Positions 15,612 to 23,667 of a stretch of DNA of 24,000 nucleotides are shown in pieces. Location of the stretch: assembly GCA_020725895.1 (NCBI GenBank), contig DYTO01000006.1, positions 17,725 to 41,724 on the forward strand. The letters are read 5' to 3'. The position numbers were made by a program, and so were the translations under genes. The number at the start of each line of letters is the position of its first letter. Position 1 is the first letter of the stretch. The notes below the pieces were generated by a model. That model was not told the origin of the DNA and did not search any database. It saw only the letters and a program-made list of their open reading frames with translations. The DNA is from Candidatus Hadarchaeum sp. GTDB lineage: Archaea > Hadarchaeota > Hadarchaeia > Hadarchaeales > Hadarchaeaceae.

Positions 15612-15926
15612 CGTTTCTCACATAATCTAACACTTTCTAACTATAAAAGACTTACTATGAGTAAACTGATCTCAAAAGGCTTCAAAATATATAACTAAAG
15701 TTAACTATTTCTAATAATTTCTGAACATTTTTTCGCCGATTTTTGCTAGTTTTCCCGTCACCGAACACCCCGCGGCTATTTTGGGCCAATATTTTTCGAA
15801 AAATAGGTAAAAACTAACATAGTCCTCGAAAACTAACAAAATTTAACAATTTCTACACCCAAAACCATTGGAATCCACATATGAGGGCAAAGTTAATAAC
15901 TTTCCAGAGCAAGTCCAACGGAGAAT
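15612..15926. promoter_or_regulatory. A/T-rich divergent promoter region between the HNH gene (-) and the PHP gene (+)
   Basis: 315 bp that is clearly A/T-rich by eye. TATA-like boxes face each way (tataaaag 15643-15650 for the minus gene; ttaataac 15893-15900 plus a GGAG Shine-Dalgarno for the plus gene). AACTAA-type motifs recur, including the direct repeat AAAACTAACA at 15810-15819 and 15829-15838. Confidence 0.4.
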
Positions 15927-16619
15927 ATGGTTGCAAAATTCGACCTTCATATCCATTCAAACTATTCGGACGGCAAAGCCACCCCCGCGCTTATGGTGGA
16001 GGCTGCCGAGTCCCAAGGACTTGAAGCGGTTGCGGTAACCGACCATGGCCCGGACTTGAGCGTCGGGATAAAGAGGGCGGACATACCACGGGTGATTGAG
16101 GATGTGAGGCGGGCCGGGAAGGGATTGAAAGTCAAGGTTTTGCTCGGGTTTGAGACGAACGTGGTCAACGAATTTGGTGCCATCGACATCGACGATTCCG
16201 TTATCGAGCAAATCGACTTTTTGACTATGGGCATCCATTACATTTCCGGAGCCACCGAACCCAACGAGGTCGCCAAGGTGTACTTGAAGAGCGCGATTAG
16301 CGCAATCGACAAGAACCAGATAGACATCTTCGCCCACCCATTTTTCCTTCACGGACCACTTCTTCCGCACCTCGCTCCCGAGGAGATCGGGCGCTTCGTC
16401 AGGTTGGCCGCGGAACGCGGCACCGCGATGGAGATAAACGTCAAGTATCGGGCACCGGACGAGGATTTCCTCCGGCTTTGCCTGCGGGAAGGGGTTAGGC
16501 TGAGCGTCGGCTCAGACGCCCACTGGCCGGAAGAAGTAGGCAAGGTCGACTGGGCGTTGGAAGTTCTAGAGCGAATAGGAGCGAAAAAGGAAGACCTCGT
16601 CCTTGATAGTTTTCTCTAG
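15927..16619 (+). CDS. PHP-domain metal-dependent phosphoesterase (histidinol-phosphatase-like family)
   Basis: FDLHIHSNYSDG, AVTDHGP, and later HPF and GSDAH motifs, as in PHP hydrolases. Its TAG overlaps the hypE stop on the opposite strand (CTAG at 16616-16619). Confidence 0.75.
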   Translation: MVAKFDLHIHSNYSDGKATPALMVEAAESQGLEAVAVTDHGPDLSVGIKRADIPRVIEDVRRAGKGLKVKVLLGFETNVVNEFGAIDIDDSVIEQIDFLTMGIHYISGATEPNEVAKVYLKSAISAIDKNQIDIFAHPFFLHGPLLPHLAPEEIGRFVRLAAERGTAMEINVKYRAPDEDFLRLCLREGVRLSVGSDAHWPEEVGKVDWALEVLERIGAKKEDLVLDSFL

Positions 16620-17641
16620 CAAATTCTTGGGATGGGGTCGCCGGCCGGAGGGGGCACGACCCGGCTGCCACCGACCACAGTTTTCAATATTACCTTTCCA
16701 GGGTTATCTCGAGTCGCCTCGCCAATGACCTTGGCACCAGCTCCATACTTGGTCCTTCGAATCGCCTGTAGCACGGAGTCGCAGTCCTTTGCATCGACCC
16801 CCATCAATATTTTTCCCTCGTTCGTCAGGGTGAGGGGGTCGAGGCCCAGCATCTCGCATAGGTTTTTCACAGGCCTTGAAATCGGAAGCTCGGCTTCGTC
16901 AATCACGATTCCAACCTTTGACTTTGACGCGATTTCGTTCAGGGCCCCCGCGACACCGCTCCTTGTCGGGTCCTTCATCGCCGAGACCGTGCCTGCCTTC
17001 ATCGCTGCCTTGGCCAGGCCCCACAATGGCGCGACATCTGACTTCAGGTCCCCCTTGACTTTTATCCCCTCTCGGCTGCCGATTATCGTCGCACCGTGGT
17101 CGCCGATAGTCCCAGTGATAATGATTTTTTGCCCTGTCTTCAGCTGGGCGTCGGTCTTCAGGCTTTCAGCTATCCCAACTCCGGTCGTCGTTATGACTAT
17201 CCCGTCCAAGGCGCCCTTTTCCACGACTTTCAAGTCGCCCGTCACGATGGAAACGCCCGCTTCAACCGCCGCCTCGTTCATCGACCTGCATATCCTACGG
17301 AAGTCTTCCATCGGAAAGCCCTCCTCCATGACCACGGCGCATGCCATCGCCAGCGGTTTGCCACCCATCACGGAGAGGTCGTTCACGGTGCCCGAGACCG
17401 AAAGGTGCCCGATGTCGCCTCCAGGGAAGAATATCGGCTTCACAGTGTGGGCGTCCGTCGTGAAGACCAATGTCTTGTCGCCAATCGTGATCGCCGCGCC
17501 GTCGTCAAGCTCATCCAAACCAACGGGGCCGACCTTCTTGTGGGTGAACTCCTTCAGTACGATATCGACGAGCAATTTCATCATGGCAGTCCCTCCGCCG
17601 CCATGTTCCAGGGTTATTTTTTCATCGGGCATCGCGGCCAC
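16616..17641 (-). CDS. hypE: [NiFe]-hydrogenase maturation protein HypE
   Basis: PurM-like fold sequence with the diagnostic C-terminal PRIC motif (GDPIPRIC-stop). The start is GTG. Confidence 0.9.
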   Translation of the reverse strand: MAAMPDEKITLEHGGGGTAMMKLLVDIVLKEFTHKKVGPVGLDELDDGAAITIGDKTLVFTTDAHTVKPIFFPGGDIGHLSVSGTVNDLSVMGGKPLAMACAVVMEEGFPMEDFRRICRSMNEAAVEAGVSIVTGDLKVVEKGALDGIVITTTGVGIAESLKTDAQLKTGQKIIITGTIGDHGATIIGSREGIKVKGDLKSDVAPLWGLAKAAMKAGTVSAMKDPTRSGVAGALNEIASKSKVGIVIDEAELPISRPVKNLCEMLGLDPLTLTNEGKILMGVDAKDCDSVLQAIRRTKYGAGAKVIGEATRDNPGKVILKTVVGGSRVVPPPAGDPIPRIC

Positions 17642-17647
17642 CAGAAT

Positions 17648-18439
17648 TCATCCAGCCTTGACCAAGCGGGATTTCAGCTTCTCGGCGAGATCAGGCGGAA
17701 GCAGCATCGAGCCCGTGATCGAAACGTCCGTGCAGACGGCGACCGTCAGGCAGTCCGCGGCTATTTTACCAGATGTTAAGTTTTTCACGATATTCCTGAA
17801 CTTTATGTGCTTCCGGCCGATTTCCTCCACCCAAACCGCAACCTCGATCTCGTTGTCAATCCTGACCGGCGCGAGAATTTTCCCGGTCGTCTCGACAGTG
17901 GGGATGAAAATCCCGAACTTGTGGATTAGGGTCGCGTAGCTGAAGCCCAGCTCGTCAAGGAGCTCCTGCTGGGCGCGCTCGCAGAACCTGAAGTAGTTCG
18001 TGTAGTGCATGACCTGCAGGTAGTCTGTGTCAGAAAGCGAGATCTTGTACTTCCGCCTGAACGCAGCATCCGGCACCCTGATTTCCTTTTCCTCGGCCAT
18101 CTCTTCCATCTCCTCAGGTTTTACATTTTCAACTGATTCGTCTATCCCTAGTGTCTCCAGCAATTTATTAATTTCACCAGTCGCCTTCTCCTCCGCGGCG
18201 CCCTTCCCCATCCCGGTCTCCTGGAACTCCTGCGATAGGATGTCCCTGTACAGGGCGACGTTCTCCATGAAGTCCTTCAGGCTTAGTTTCCCTATCGCCA
18301 TGCCCGCGTGGATCATGACAAGGTCGTTCGGTGCGATGCCCTTCGCCGCGACGAGGACCTCCTTCTGCACGCCGCCGAAGTCGACGAGCGCCGTCAGCCC
18401 CTCGACGCTCAAAACCTTGGCCGGAACTCCCCAACACAT
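17648..18439 (-). CDS. hypC: HypC hydrogenase maturation chaperone fused to a C-terminal hot-dog (4HBT/YbgC-like) thioesterase domain
   Basis: The N-terminus MCWGVPAKVLSVEGLTALVDFGGVQKEVLVAAKGIAPNDLVMIHAGMAIGKL is HypC with the essential Cys2. An acidic linker follows. Then YKISLSDTDYLQVMHYTNYFRFCERAQQELLDELGFSYATL...VAVWVEEIGRKHIKFRNIV is the hot-dog thioesterase pattern. The whole is one uninterrupted 263-aa ORF. Confidence 0.8.
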   Translation of the reverse strand: MCWGVPAKVLSVEGLTALVDFGGVQKEVLVAAKGIAPNDLVMIHAGMAIGKLSLKDFMENVALYRDILSQEFQETGMGKGAAEEKATGEINKLLETLGIDESVENVKPEEMEEMAEEKEIRVPDAAFRRKYKISLSDTDYLQVMHYTNYFRFCERAQQELLDELGFSYATLIHKFGIFIPTVETTGKILAPVRIDNEIEVAVWVEEIGRKHIKFRNIVKNLTSGKIAADCLTVAVCTDVSITGSMLLPPDLAEKLKSRLVKAG

Positions 18440-18440
18440 C

Positions 18441-19661
18441 TCAGACGCCCTCCGTCTTCTCGTTCCTGGCCCAGATTGCGCAGACGCCCTCAGACGAGAC
18501 CATGCAGGGACCCCAGGGCTTCTCCGGCGTACACTCTTTCATGAAGAGGGCGCAGTCAGTTGGCTTCGCCACCCCCACGACGACCTCACCGCACCTGCAC
18601 CCGTGGGGCATGTCGTGCCCCCAGGGAACGCCGTGGTGTGCGTGGGTGTAGACGAATTCCTTCGGCGTGAGGTCCGGGATGTCGTAATACTCGAAAGCGT
18701 CATAAGGCTCCAGATATTCGGGCTTGAGCTTCATGCCGCTCGCCGGGATGAACCCTATCCCCCTCCATGCGGCGTAGGATTTCTCGAAAACCTCGCCGAT
18801 CAGACCTTTCGCAAGCTCGTTCCCTTCCCACACGACTAGCCTCTTGTACTCGTTCTTCACTCCCGGTTTTTTCTCATTTATCATTTGCAGGATCTGGGCG
18901 ATTGCCATCATTGCATCGAGCGGCTCGAAGCCAGCGACGACCGTCGGGAGGCCGTGCTCCTTCGGGAGGAACTCCCACTCGGATGCGCCGATTATCGCGG
19001 AGACGTGTCCAGGGGCGATCACTCCTCTTATCGGCAAGAGTCCGCGCTCCTGGTGAAGCTTTATCGTGTACTTCATCGCCGGCGGGGTCAGCCTCACGGC
19101 GCTCAGGAATTTCAGGTTTTCAGGGACCATCCCCTCCTTCAGCGCGAGCGCGTAGCTCGGTGCAGTGGTCTCGAAACCTATCCCGAAAAACACGCTGTCC
19201 TTCCCGCTCTCGCGAGCGTCCTTAACGGCGTCCAGGAAACTGTAGACGACCTTGACGTCCCCGCCCTCGGCCCTTGCCTCCTGGAGGCTTGCCGGGTATT
19301 GCTTTTTGGCGCTCCGCAGCCTGAGCGGGTCCCCGTAGGTGTAGACCCTCGTCCCATCCTGCGCGAGTCTCACGACGACGTCAACGTAGTGCGAAGGCGT
19401 GACGCAGACGGGGCAGCCGGGCCCGGCGATCACATCCAGGAATGGCGGGAGAAGGTCCCTTATCCCATAGTGTGTCGCGGTCCACTCGTGGGTGCCGCAG
19501 AAGTTCATTATCTTTATCCTGTCGCATTTCTCCGCCCGTCTGATGGCCTCGGCATGCCTCCAAATGACCTCTTTTAGCCTCAGCGCAAGCGGCAAATTCC
19601 GCCTGAAAACTTTCTCTATGGACGCTTGGTCCCAGGTATTGGCCTTCATTTTATATACCAA
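18441..19661 (-). CDS. hypD: [NiFe]-hydrogenase maturation protein HypD
   Basis: FCGTHEWT, GPGCPVCVTP, HVSAIIG, and the C-terminal Fe-S motif CRCGEV...PWGPCMVSSEGVCAIW. Confidence 0.9.
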   Translation of the reverse strand: MVYKMKANTWDQASIEKVFRRNLPLALRLKEVIWRHAEAIRRAEKCDRIKIMNFCGTHEWTATHYGIRDLLPPFLDVIAGPGCPVCVTPSHYVDVVVRLAQDGTRVYTYGDPLRLRSAKKQYPASLQEARAEGGDVKVVYSFLDAVKDARESGKDSVFFGIGFETTAPSYALALKEGMVPENLKFLSAVRLTPPAMKYTIKLHQERGLLPIRGVIAPGHVSAIIGASEWEFLPKEHGLPTVVAGFEPLDAMMAIAQILQMINEKKPGVKNEYKRLVVWEGNELAKGLIGEVFEKSYAAWRGIGFIPASGMKLKPEYLEPYDAFEYYDIPDLTPKEFVYTHAHHGVPWGHDMPHGCRCGEVVVGVAKPTDCALFMKECTPEKPWGPCMVSSEGVCAIWARNEKTEGV

Positions 19662-19720
19662 CTTCTATAACGCATTCTACTTTTAACGTTGGAGGATTTT
19701 TATTTATTGGTTGTTTCGCG

Positions 19721-22036
19721 ATGACGGCAATTCGTTCTGAGATTTCGGTGAGCGGCCTAGTCCAGGGAGTCGGATTCAGGCCTTTTTGCTACAGGCTGGC
19801 CACGAAATTCGGTCTGAAGGGCACAGTCAGGAACATGGGTGACGCTGGGGTCCAGATAATCCTCGAGGGTGAGCGAGGCGCAATCGAGAATTTCATTCAG
19901 GCCCTCGGGAAGGAAAAGCCGCCCTTGGCGAGGATTGACGGAATCGGCGCCGAATGGAAACCAGCGACAGGCGAGTTCAAGGATTTCTCAGTTGTCGAGA
20001 GCGGGAAAGGCGGGCTCGGTCTCTTGTCCGTCATCCCGCCCGACATCGCCATTTGCGACGACTGCCTGCGTGAGATGTTCGACCCCAAGGGCCGCCGCTA
20101 CCGCTACCCATTCACAACCTGCGTCAACTGCGGCCCGAGGTTCACGATAATCCGGGACCTGCCATACGACCGCGAGCGCACATCAATGGAAGATTTCCCA
20201 CTCTGCGGGGATTGTCGCGGCGAGTACACGAACCCGTCGGACAGGCGATACCACGCGGAGCCGACATGCTGCTCAGCTTGCGGGCCGGAGGTCAGGCTCC
20301 ATCATGCGTCAGGCGAGTCGCACGAGGTCGAGGACCCGTTGCGTGAGGCATCGAAGCTCCTTGATGAGGGAAAAATCGTCGTGATAAAGGGGATCGGCGG
20401 GATGCACGTCGCGGCCAAAGTGACGGAGGACGGGCCGCTTCAGCGTCTGAGGGAGGCTTTCAAGAGGCCCCAGCAGCCATTCGCGATAATGTCGAAGGAC
20501 TTGGAAACTGTGCGAACGTTCGCAGAAGTAGGGGCGGATGAAGAGGAGCGCCTAAAGTCCCCGCAAAGGCCGATAGTGGTCCTGCGTTCAAAAATAGGCA
20601 AGATCTCAGAGCTCGTTTCGCCAGGCCTAGACTCGATTGGCGTCATGCTGCCGTACAACGGAATCCAACATATCATCCTCCGCGATGGGAAGGAGCCGGC
20701 ATACGTGATGACGAGCGCGAACCTGCCCGGCTTGCCGATGGTCCTCGAGAACGAGGATGCGATATCGAAGTTCGGAGGCCTCGTCGACTATTTCCTTTTG
20801 CACAATCGCAGGATAATCAATCGTTGCGACGATTCGGTCGTGAGGCTCACGGCAGGCGCGCCGGTTTTCCTCAGGCGCTCGAGAGGTTACGCGCCAATGC
20901 CGCTCGACCTTCAACTCCCGAAGGAGGCAAATGTTCTCGCCCTAGGCGCGGAGTTCGACGTCGTGGCAACGCTCCTGAAGGGCGGCCGGTGCTTCCCGAC
21001 GCAGCACATAGGCGACGTAAGCAAGCTTGAGACGATGGGTTATCTCAGGCAGGCCGTCGAGCGCCTGATGCGCCTGCTGAACTTGGAAAAAATCGATGTC
21101 GTCGCATGCGATCTCCATCCCCAGTACGCCACCAGCTCGGAGGCGGAATCGTTCGCCCGCGAGTTCAACGCGAAGCTTGTCCGCGTCCAGCACCACCACG
21201 CTCATCTCGCGGCCCTGATGGCAGAGCATGGCATCGACGAGATTGTGGGGATAGACGCCGATGGGGTCGGTTACGGCGCGGACGGGACTCTGTGGGGAGG
21301 AGAGGTGATGGTCGCGAGCCACAGGGATTTCGAAAGGGTCGGCGCGCTAGCGAGCCAGCCGATGCCGGGCGGTGACTTGGCCACGAGGTTCCCTGCGAGG
21401 GCTGTCGCGGGAATTCTCTGGGGCGCGCTCCAGCCGAAAGAGGTCGAAAATGTTCTGGGAGATTTCTGCCTTGAAGGTTTCAGGCAGGGCGAGGACGAGA
21501 TCAAGGCCGTCATCCACCAGCTTGAGATAGGGATGAACGTTTTCCGGTCATCGAGTTGCGGGAGAGTTCTCGACGCGGTATCGTGCATATTGGGAGTATG
21601 CCGAGAGAGGACATACGAGGGCGAGCCGGCGATAAAATTGGAGGCTTTCGCCAGGGGTGGCGATGAAAGCGGTTCAAGTTTCAAGTTTTCGCTGAAGCGC
21701 GAGAAAGGATTTGAGAGGGTTGATACTTCGAAGCTGCTCTTGGACGTTCTAGAGGCGATGAAGAAGGGGGATTCCAAGAGGGACATCGCCGCGCGCGCAC
21801 AAATTGAATTGGGGAGGGGCCTTGCGGAGCTTGCGGTCAAGGCTTCCAAAGCCAAGGGGATCGAGACCATCGGCGCAAGGGGAGGGGTTTTCTACAACGA
21901 TGCGGTATCGTCCGCCGTTTGGGATTTTGTGGACGGCGAAGGGTTGAAATTTTTGATGCACAGGCAGGTCCCGCCCGGGGACGGCGGCATCTCGATAGGT
22001 CAGGCTGTCGTCGCTGCCCACAGGTCTACTTCTTGA
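19721..22036 (+). CDS. hypF: Carbamoyltransferase HypF
   Basis: Acylphosphatase domain (VSGLVQGVGFRPF), two Zn-finger pairs (CDDCLREMFDPKGRRYRYPFTTCVNCGPRFT; CGDCRGEYTNPSDRRYHAEPTCCSACGP), a YrdC-like block (VVIKGIGGMHVAA) and a Kae1-like C-terminal domain. Length is 771 aa. Confidence 0.95.
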   Translation: MTAIRSEISVSGLVQGVGFRPFCYRLATKFGLKGTVRNMGDAGVQIILEGERGAIENFIQALGKEKPPLARIDGIGAEWKPATGEFKDFSVVESGKGGLGLLSVIPPDIAICDDCLREMFDPKGRRYRYPFTTCVNCGPRFTIIRDLPYDRERTSMEDFPLCGDCRGEYTNPSDRRYHAEPTCCSACGPEVRLHHASGESHEVEDPLREASKLLDEGKIVVIKGIGGMHVAAKVTEDGPLQRLREAFKRPQQPFAIMSKDLETVRTFAEVGADEEERLKSPQRPIVVLRSKIGKISELVSPGLDSIGVMLPYNGIQHIILRDGKEPAYVMTSANLPGLPMVLENEDAISKFGGLVDYFLLHNRRIINRCDDSVVRLTAGAPVFLRRSRGYAPMPLDLQLPKEANVLALGAEFDVVATLLKGGRCFPTQHIGDVSKLETMGYLRQAVERLMRLLNLEKIDVVACDLHPQYATSSEAESFAREFNAKLVRVQHHHAHLAALMAEHGIDEIVGIDADGVGYGADGTLWGGEVMVASHRDFERVGALASQPMPGGDLATRFPARAVAGILWGALQPKEVENVLGDFCLEGFRQGEDEIKAVIHQLEIGMNVFRSSSCGRVLDAVSCILGVCRERTYEGEPAIKLEAFARGGDESGSSFKFSLKREKGFERVDTSKLLLDVLEAMKKGDSKRDIAARAQIELGRGLAELAVKASKAKGIETIGARGGVFYNDAVSSAVWDFVDGEGLKFLMHRQVPPGDGGISIGQAVVAAHRSTS

Positions 22037-22433
22037 AAGTGACGAGCTTTACATGCTTGACCCCGCGCAGCGACTCAATCCTGTTCAAAAGATCCTTGAT
22101 GACCTCGGCCTGCCCGCTGATCATTATAGTCTCCATGCAGTTCCTCTCGTCGAGGTGCCAGTGCTGCACGGAGCCGACGACGGCCTTCGAGTGGTGCTGG
22201 ATGTCCGTGATCTTGTCGCCTATGCCCTTGATTTCGTGGTCGTAGACTATGACCGCCACCCCGAGCTGCTTCCCCTTCAGGTCGCTCCTCCACTTGTGCT
22301 CGGCTATGAAGTCGTGGACGGCGTCCCGGACTGCCTCAGAGCGGCTGACGTAGCCCTCAAGCTCAATCAGATTGTCAAGTTCATCCAAAAGCTCCTGCGG
22401 CAGCGTAAGGCTCGCGCGAACGAATTTCGTCAT
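22026..22433 (-). CDS. nikR: Nickel-responsive regulator NikR
   Basis: Ribbon-helix-helix N-terminus (RASLTLPQELLDELDNLIELEGYVSRSEAVRDAV) and a C-terminal metal site H-x-H-x5-C (HWHLDERNC). Start moved to ATG 22433 (GGAG 5 nt upstream) rather than TTG 22457. The 3' end overlaps the hypF end by 11 nt. Confidence 0.8.
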   Translation of the reverse strand: MTKFVRASLTLPQELLDELDNLIELEGYVSRSEAVRDAVHDFIAEHKWRSDLKGKQLGVAVIVYDHEIKGIGDKITDIQHHSKAVVGSVQHWHLDERNCMETIMISGQAEVIKDLLNRIESLRGVKHVKLVTFKK

Positions 22434-22521
22434 TCTATCTCCGATTAGATTCGGCAATCAACGCTTAAAATAAGCCCGCTAAACAACCTTATACCACAAA
22501 AATCATTTTATTTTAGATAGC

Positions 22522-23433
22522 ATGGAAAAACTCGCTGTTTTGATATTGGTGCTCTCGATGTTTGTAGTTAGCATCCCATCCGCGGAGGGGCTGAGCTACA
22601 ACGTCACGGTTGAAAACGACAACATAAGCGTGGCCGTCGACATCACGGTGAACTTCGACTTGGAAGTGATATACAACTCAATCGTCAGCAAGCTCGAGAA
22701 CATCGGAGTCCCCGCCGAATACATACCCTCTCTGGACGAGGTTTCCGCAACCGTTGAGAACAGGCTGGAAACGGTGGAGAACCTGCGCAACGAGTATCGG
22801 GATGAAATAGAGAACGCGATGAGCGAGATATGCGAGAACAAGATACGGGAATACGTGCCGGGCGTCGATGTGGAATACACAAAATTCATCTTCGACGTGA
22901 CCAGACAGGGATACGTTTTCACGATAGACCTCGAGATAGGGCTAGACTTGACTGGCGAGGGCCTTTTCAAGGCGACCTCGGAGGGGAGGCGCAGGATTGA
23001 TTTGAGGTGGAGAGCTTTTGCGGTCAATCAGGCAAGAAACGTGGCTGGGAAGTCATTTGACTCAAGATGGACTTTCATGAACCTTTCGGGATTCCAGACT
23101 TCGCTCGAAAATTGGCAGAGAAGTGATGAGAATGACAGGATCGTGCTCTCTTACACCACGGATTACCAGGTCGAGCTCCCTGAGTACGGGGTTGCGATAA
23201 GCGTTGATCCGATCGCCACGTTGGTCGGGCCCCCAGGCTCGGCAGGAGCATCGGTGACCGGTGATGAGATAGTTCTGGCGCTCCCAACGCAGCCGTATTC
23301 GTTCCTGCCGCCACTTTGGCTCGTTGCCGTGGCCTTGGTAGGTTTGGTTGTCGCGATTCTTTTCGTGGTACTGAAGTACACTTCGTTCAGGAAAGTCAAG
23401 ACGCCCGTGGCGCTTTTCATCGAAATTTTTTGA
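22522..23433 (+). CDS. Secreted, C-terminally membrane-anchored surface protein, function unknown
   Basis: N-terminal signal peptide MEKLAVLILVLSMFVVSIPSAEG and a C-terminal TM segment LWLVAVALVGLVVAILFVVL followed by a basic tail. I recognise no family. Confidence 0.6.
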   Translation: MEKLAVLILVLSMFVVSIPSAEGLSYNVTVENDNISVAVDITVNFDLEVIYNSIVSKLENIGVPAEYIPSLDEVSATVENRLETVENLRNEYRDEIENAMSEICENKIREYVPGVDVEYTKFIFDVTRQGYVFTIDLEIGLDLTGEGLFKATSEGRRRIDLRWRAFAVNQARNVAGKSFDSRWTFMNLSGFQTSLENWQRSDENDRIVLSYTTDYQVELPEYGVAISVDPIATLVGPPGSAGASVTGDEIVLALPTQPYSFLPPLWLVAVALVGLVVAILFVVLKYTSFRKVKTPVALFIEIF

Positions 23434-23659
23434 GCAGACATTCCACATCCGATGCGTGCAAGAGGATTTCATCGCTTTTGAAGAACGCCAGAGTTCGGCC
23501 ACCCTTATCTCGGACGAGCTTCGATGCCGCGAATAGGTCGGAAAGTTTTTGGAACTCCCAGATCGAGCGCTGCACTGGCTTGGCCGTGCCCCTGAGATAC
23601 TTCTCGATCTTCCGCCTGCCCTCGCCGCCGTTCAAGTCCGTGAATAGCAGATAGGACAT
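23417..23659 (-). CDS. Small 80-aa protein with a weak Cas2/VapD-like sequence pattern
   Basis: Start placed at ATG 23659 (GAGGG upstream), because the track's longer ORF overlaps the upstream gene in another frame and is Arg-rich junk. MSYLLFTDL..GRRKIEKYLRGTAKPVQRSIWEF loosely matches the Cas2 beta1(D)-alpha1-beta2 (vQ.SvFe) pattern. This is not verified. Confidence 0.4.
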   Translation of the reverse strand: MSYLLFTDLNGGEGRRKIEKYLRGTAKPVQRSIWEFQKLSDLFAASKLVRDKGGRTLAFFKSDEILLHASDVECLLKKFR

Positions 23660-23667
23660 TTTTTCCC

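Noticed and set aside
15650-15730. C/D-box sRNA (ATGAGT ... CTGA words)
   Set aside because: The candidate C box is not the RUGAUGA consensus. The spacing of the box-like words is wrong, and there is no terminal stem.
16632-17939. 435-aa ORF on the plus strand
   Set aside because: It is antisense to hypE and the hypC fusion. Its composition is Ser/Pro/Thr/Ile-rich with no motifs. The sense-strand genes are unambiguous (PRIC tail, MC start).
18027-19577. 270-aa, 230-aa and 152-aa plus-strand ORFs
   Set aside because: All are antisense to hypC-fusion and hypD. They are Arg/Pro-rich shadow frames.
21271-21870. 199-aa minus-strand ORF, plus other 60-126 aa ORFs inside 19869-22021
   Set aside because: They are antisense to or out of frame within hypF, whose 771-aa product is collinear with known HypF domains.
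22434-22460. CCGATTAGATTCGG as a NikR operator
   Set aside because: It is only an imperfect dyad with 4-bp perfect ends. It lies in the nikR 5' leader rather than in front of a nickel-uptake or hyp promoter. I cannot distinguish it from chance by eye.
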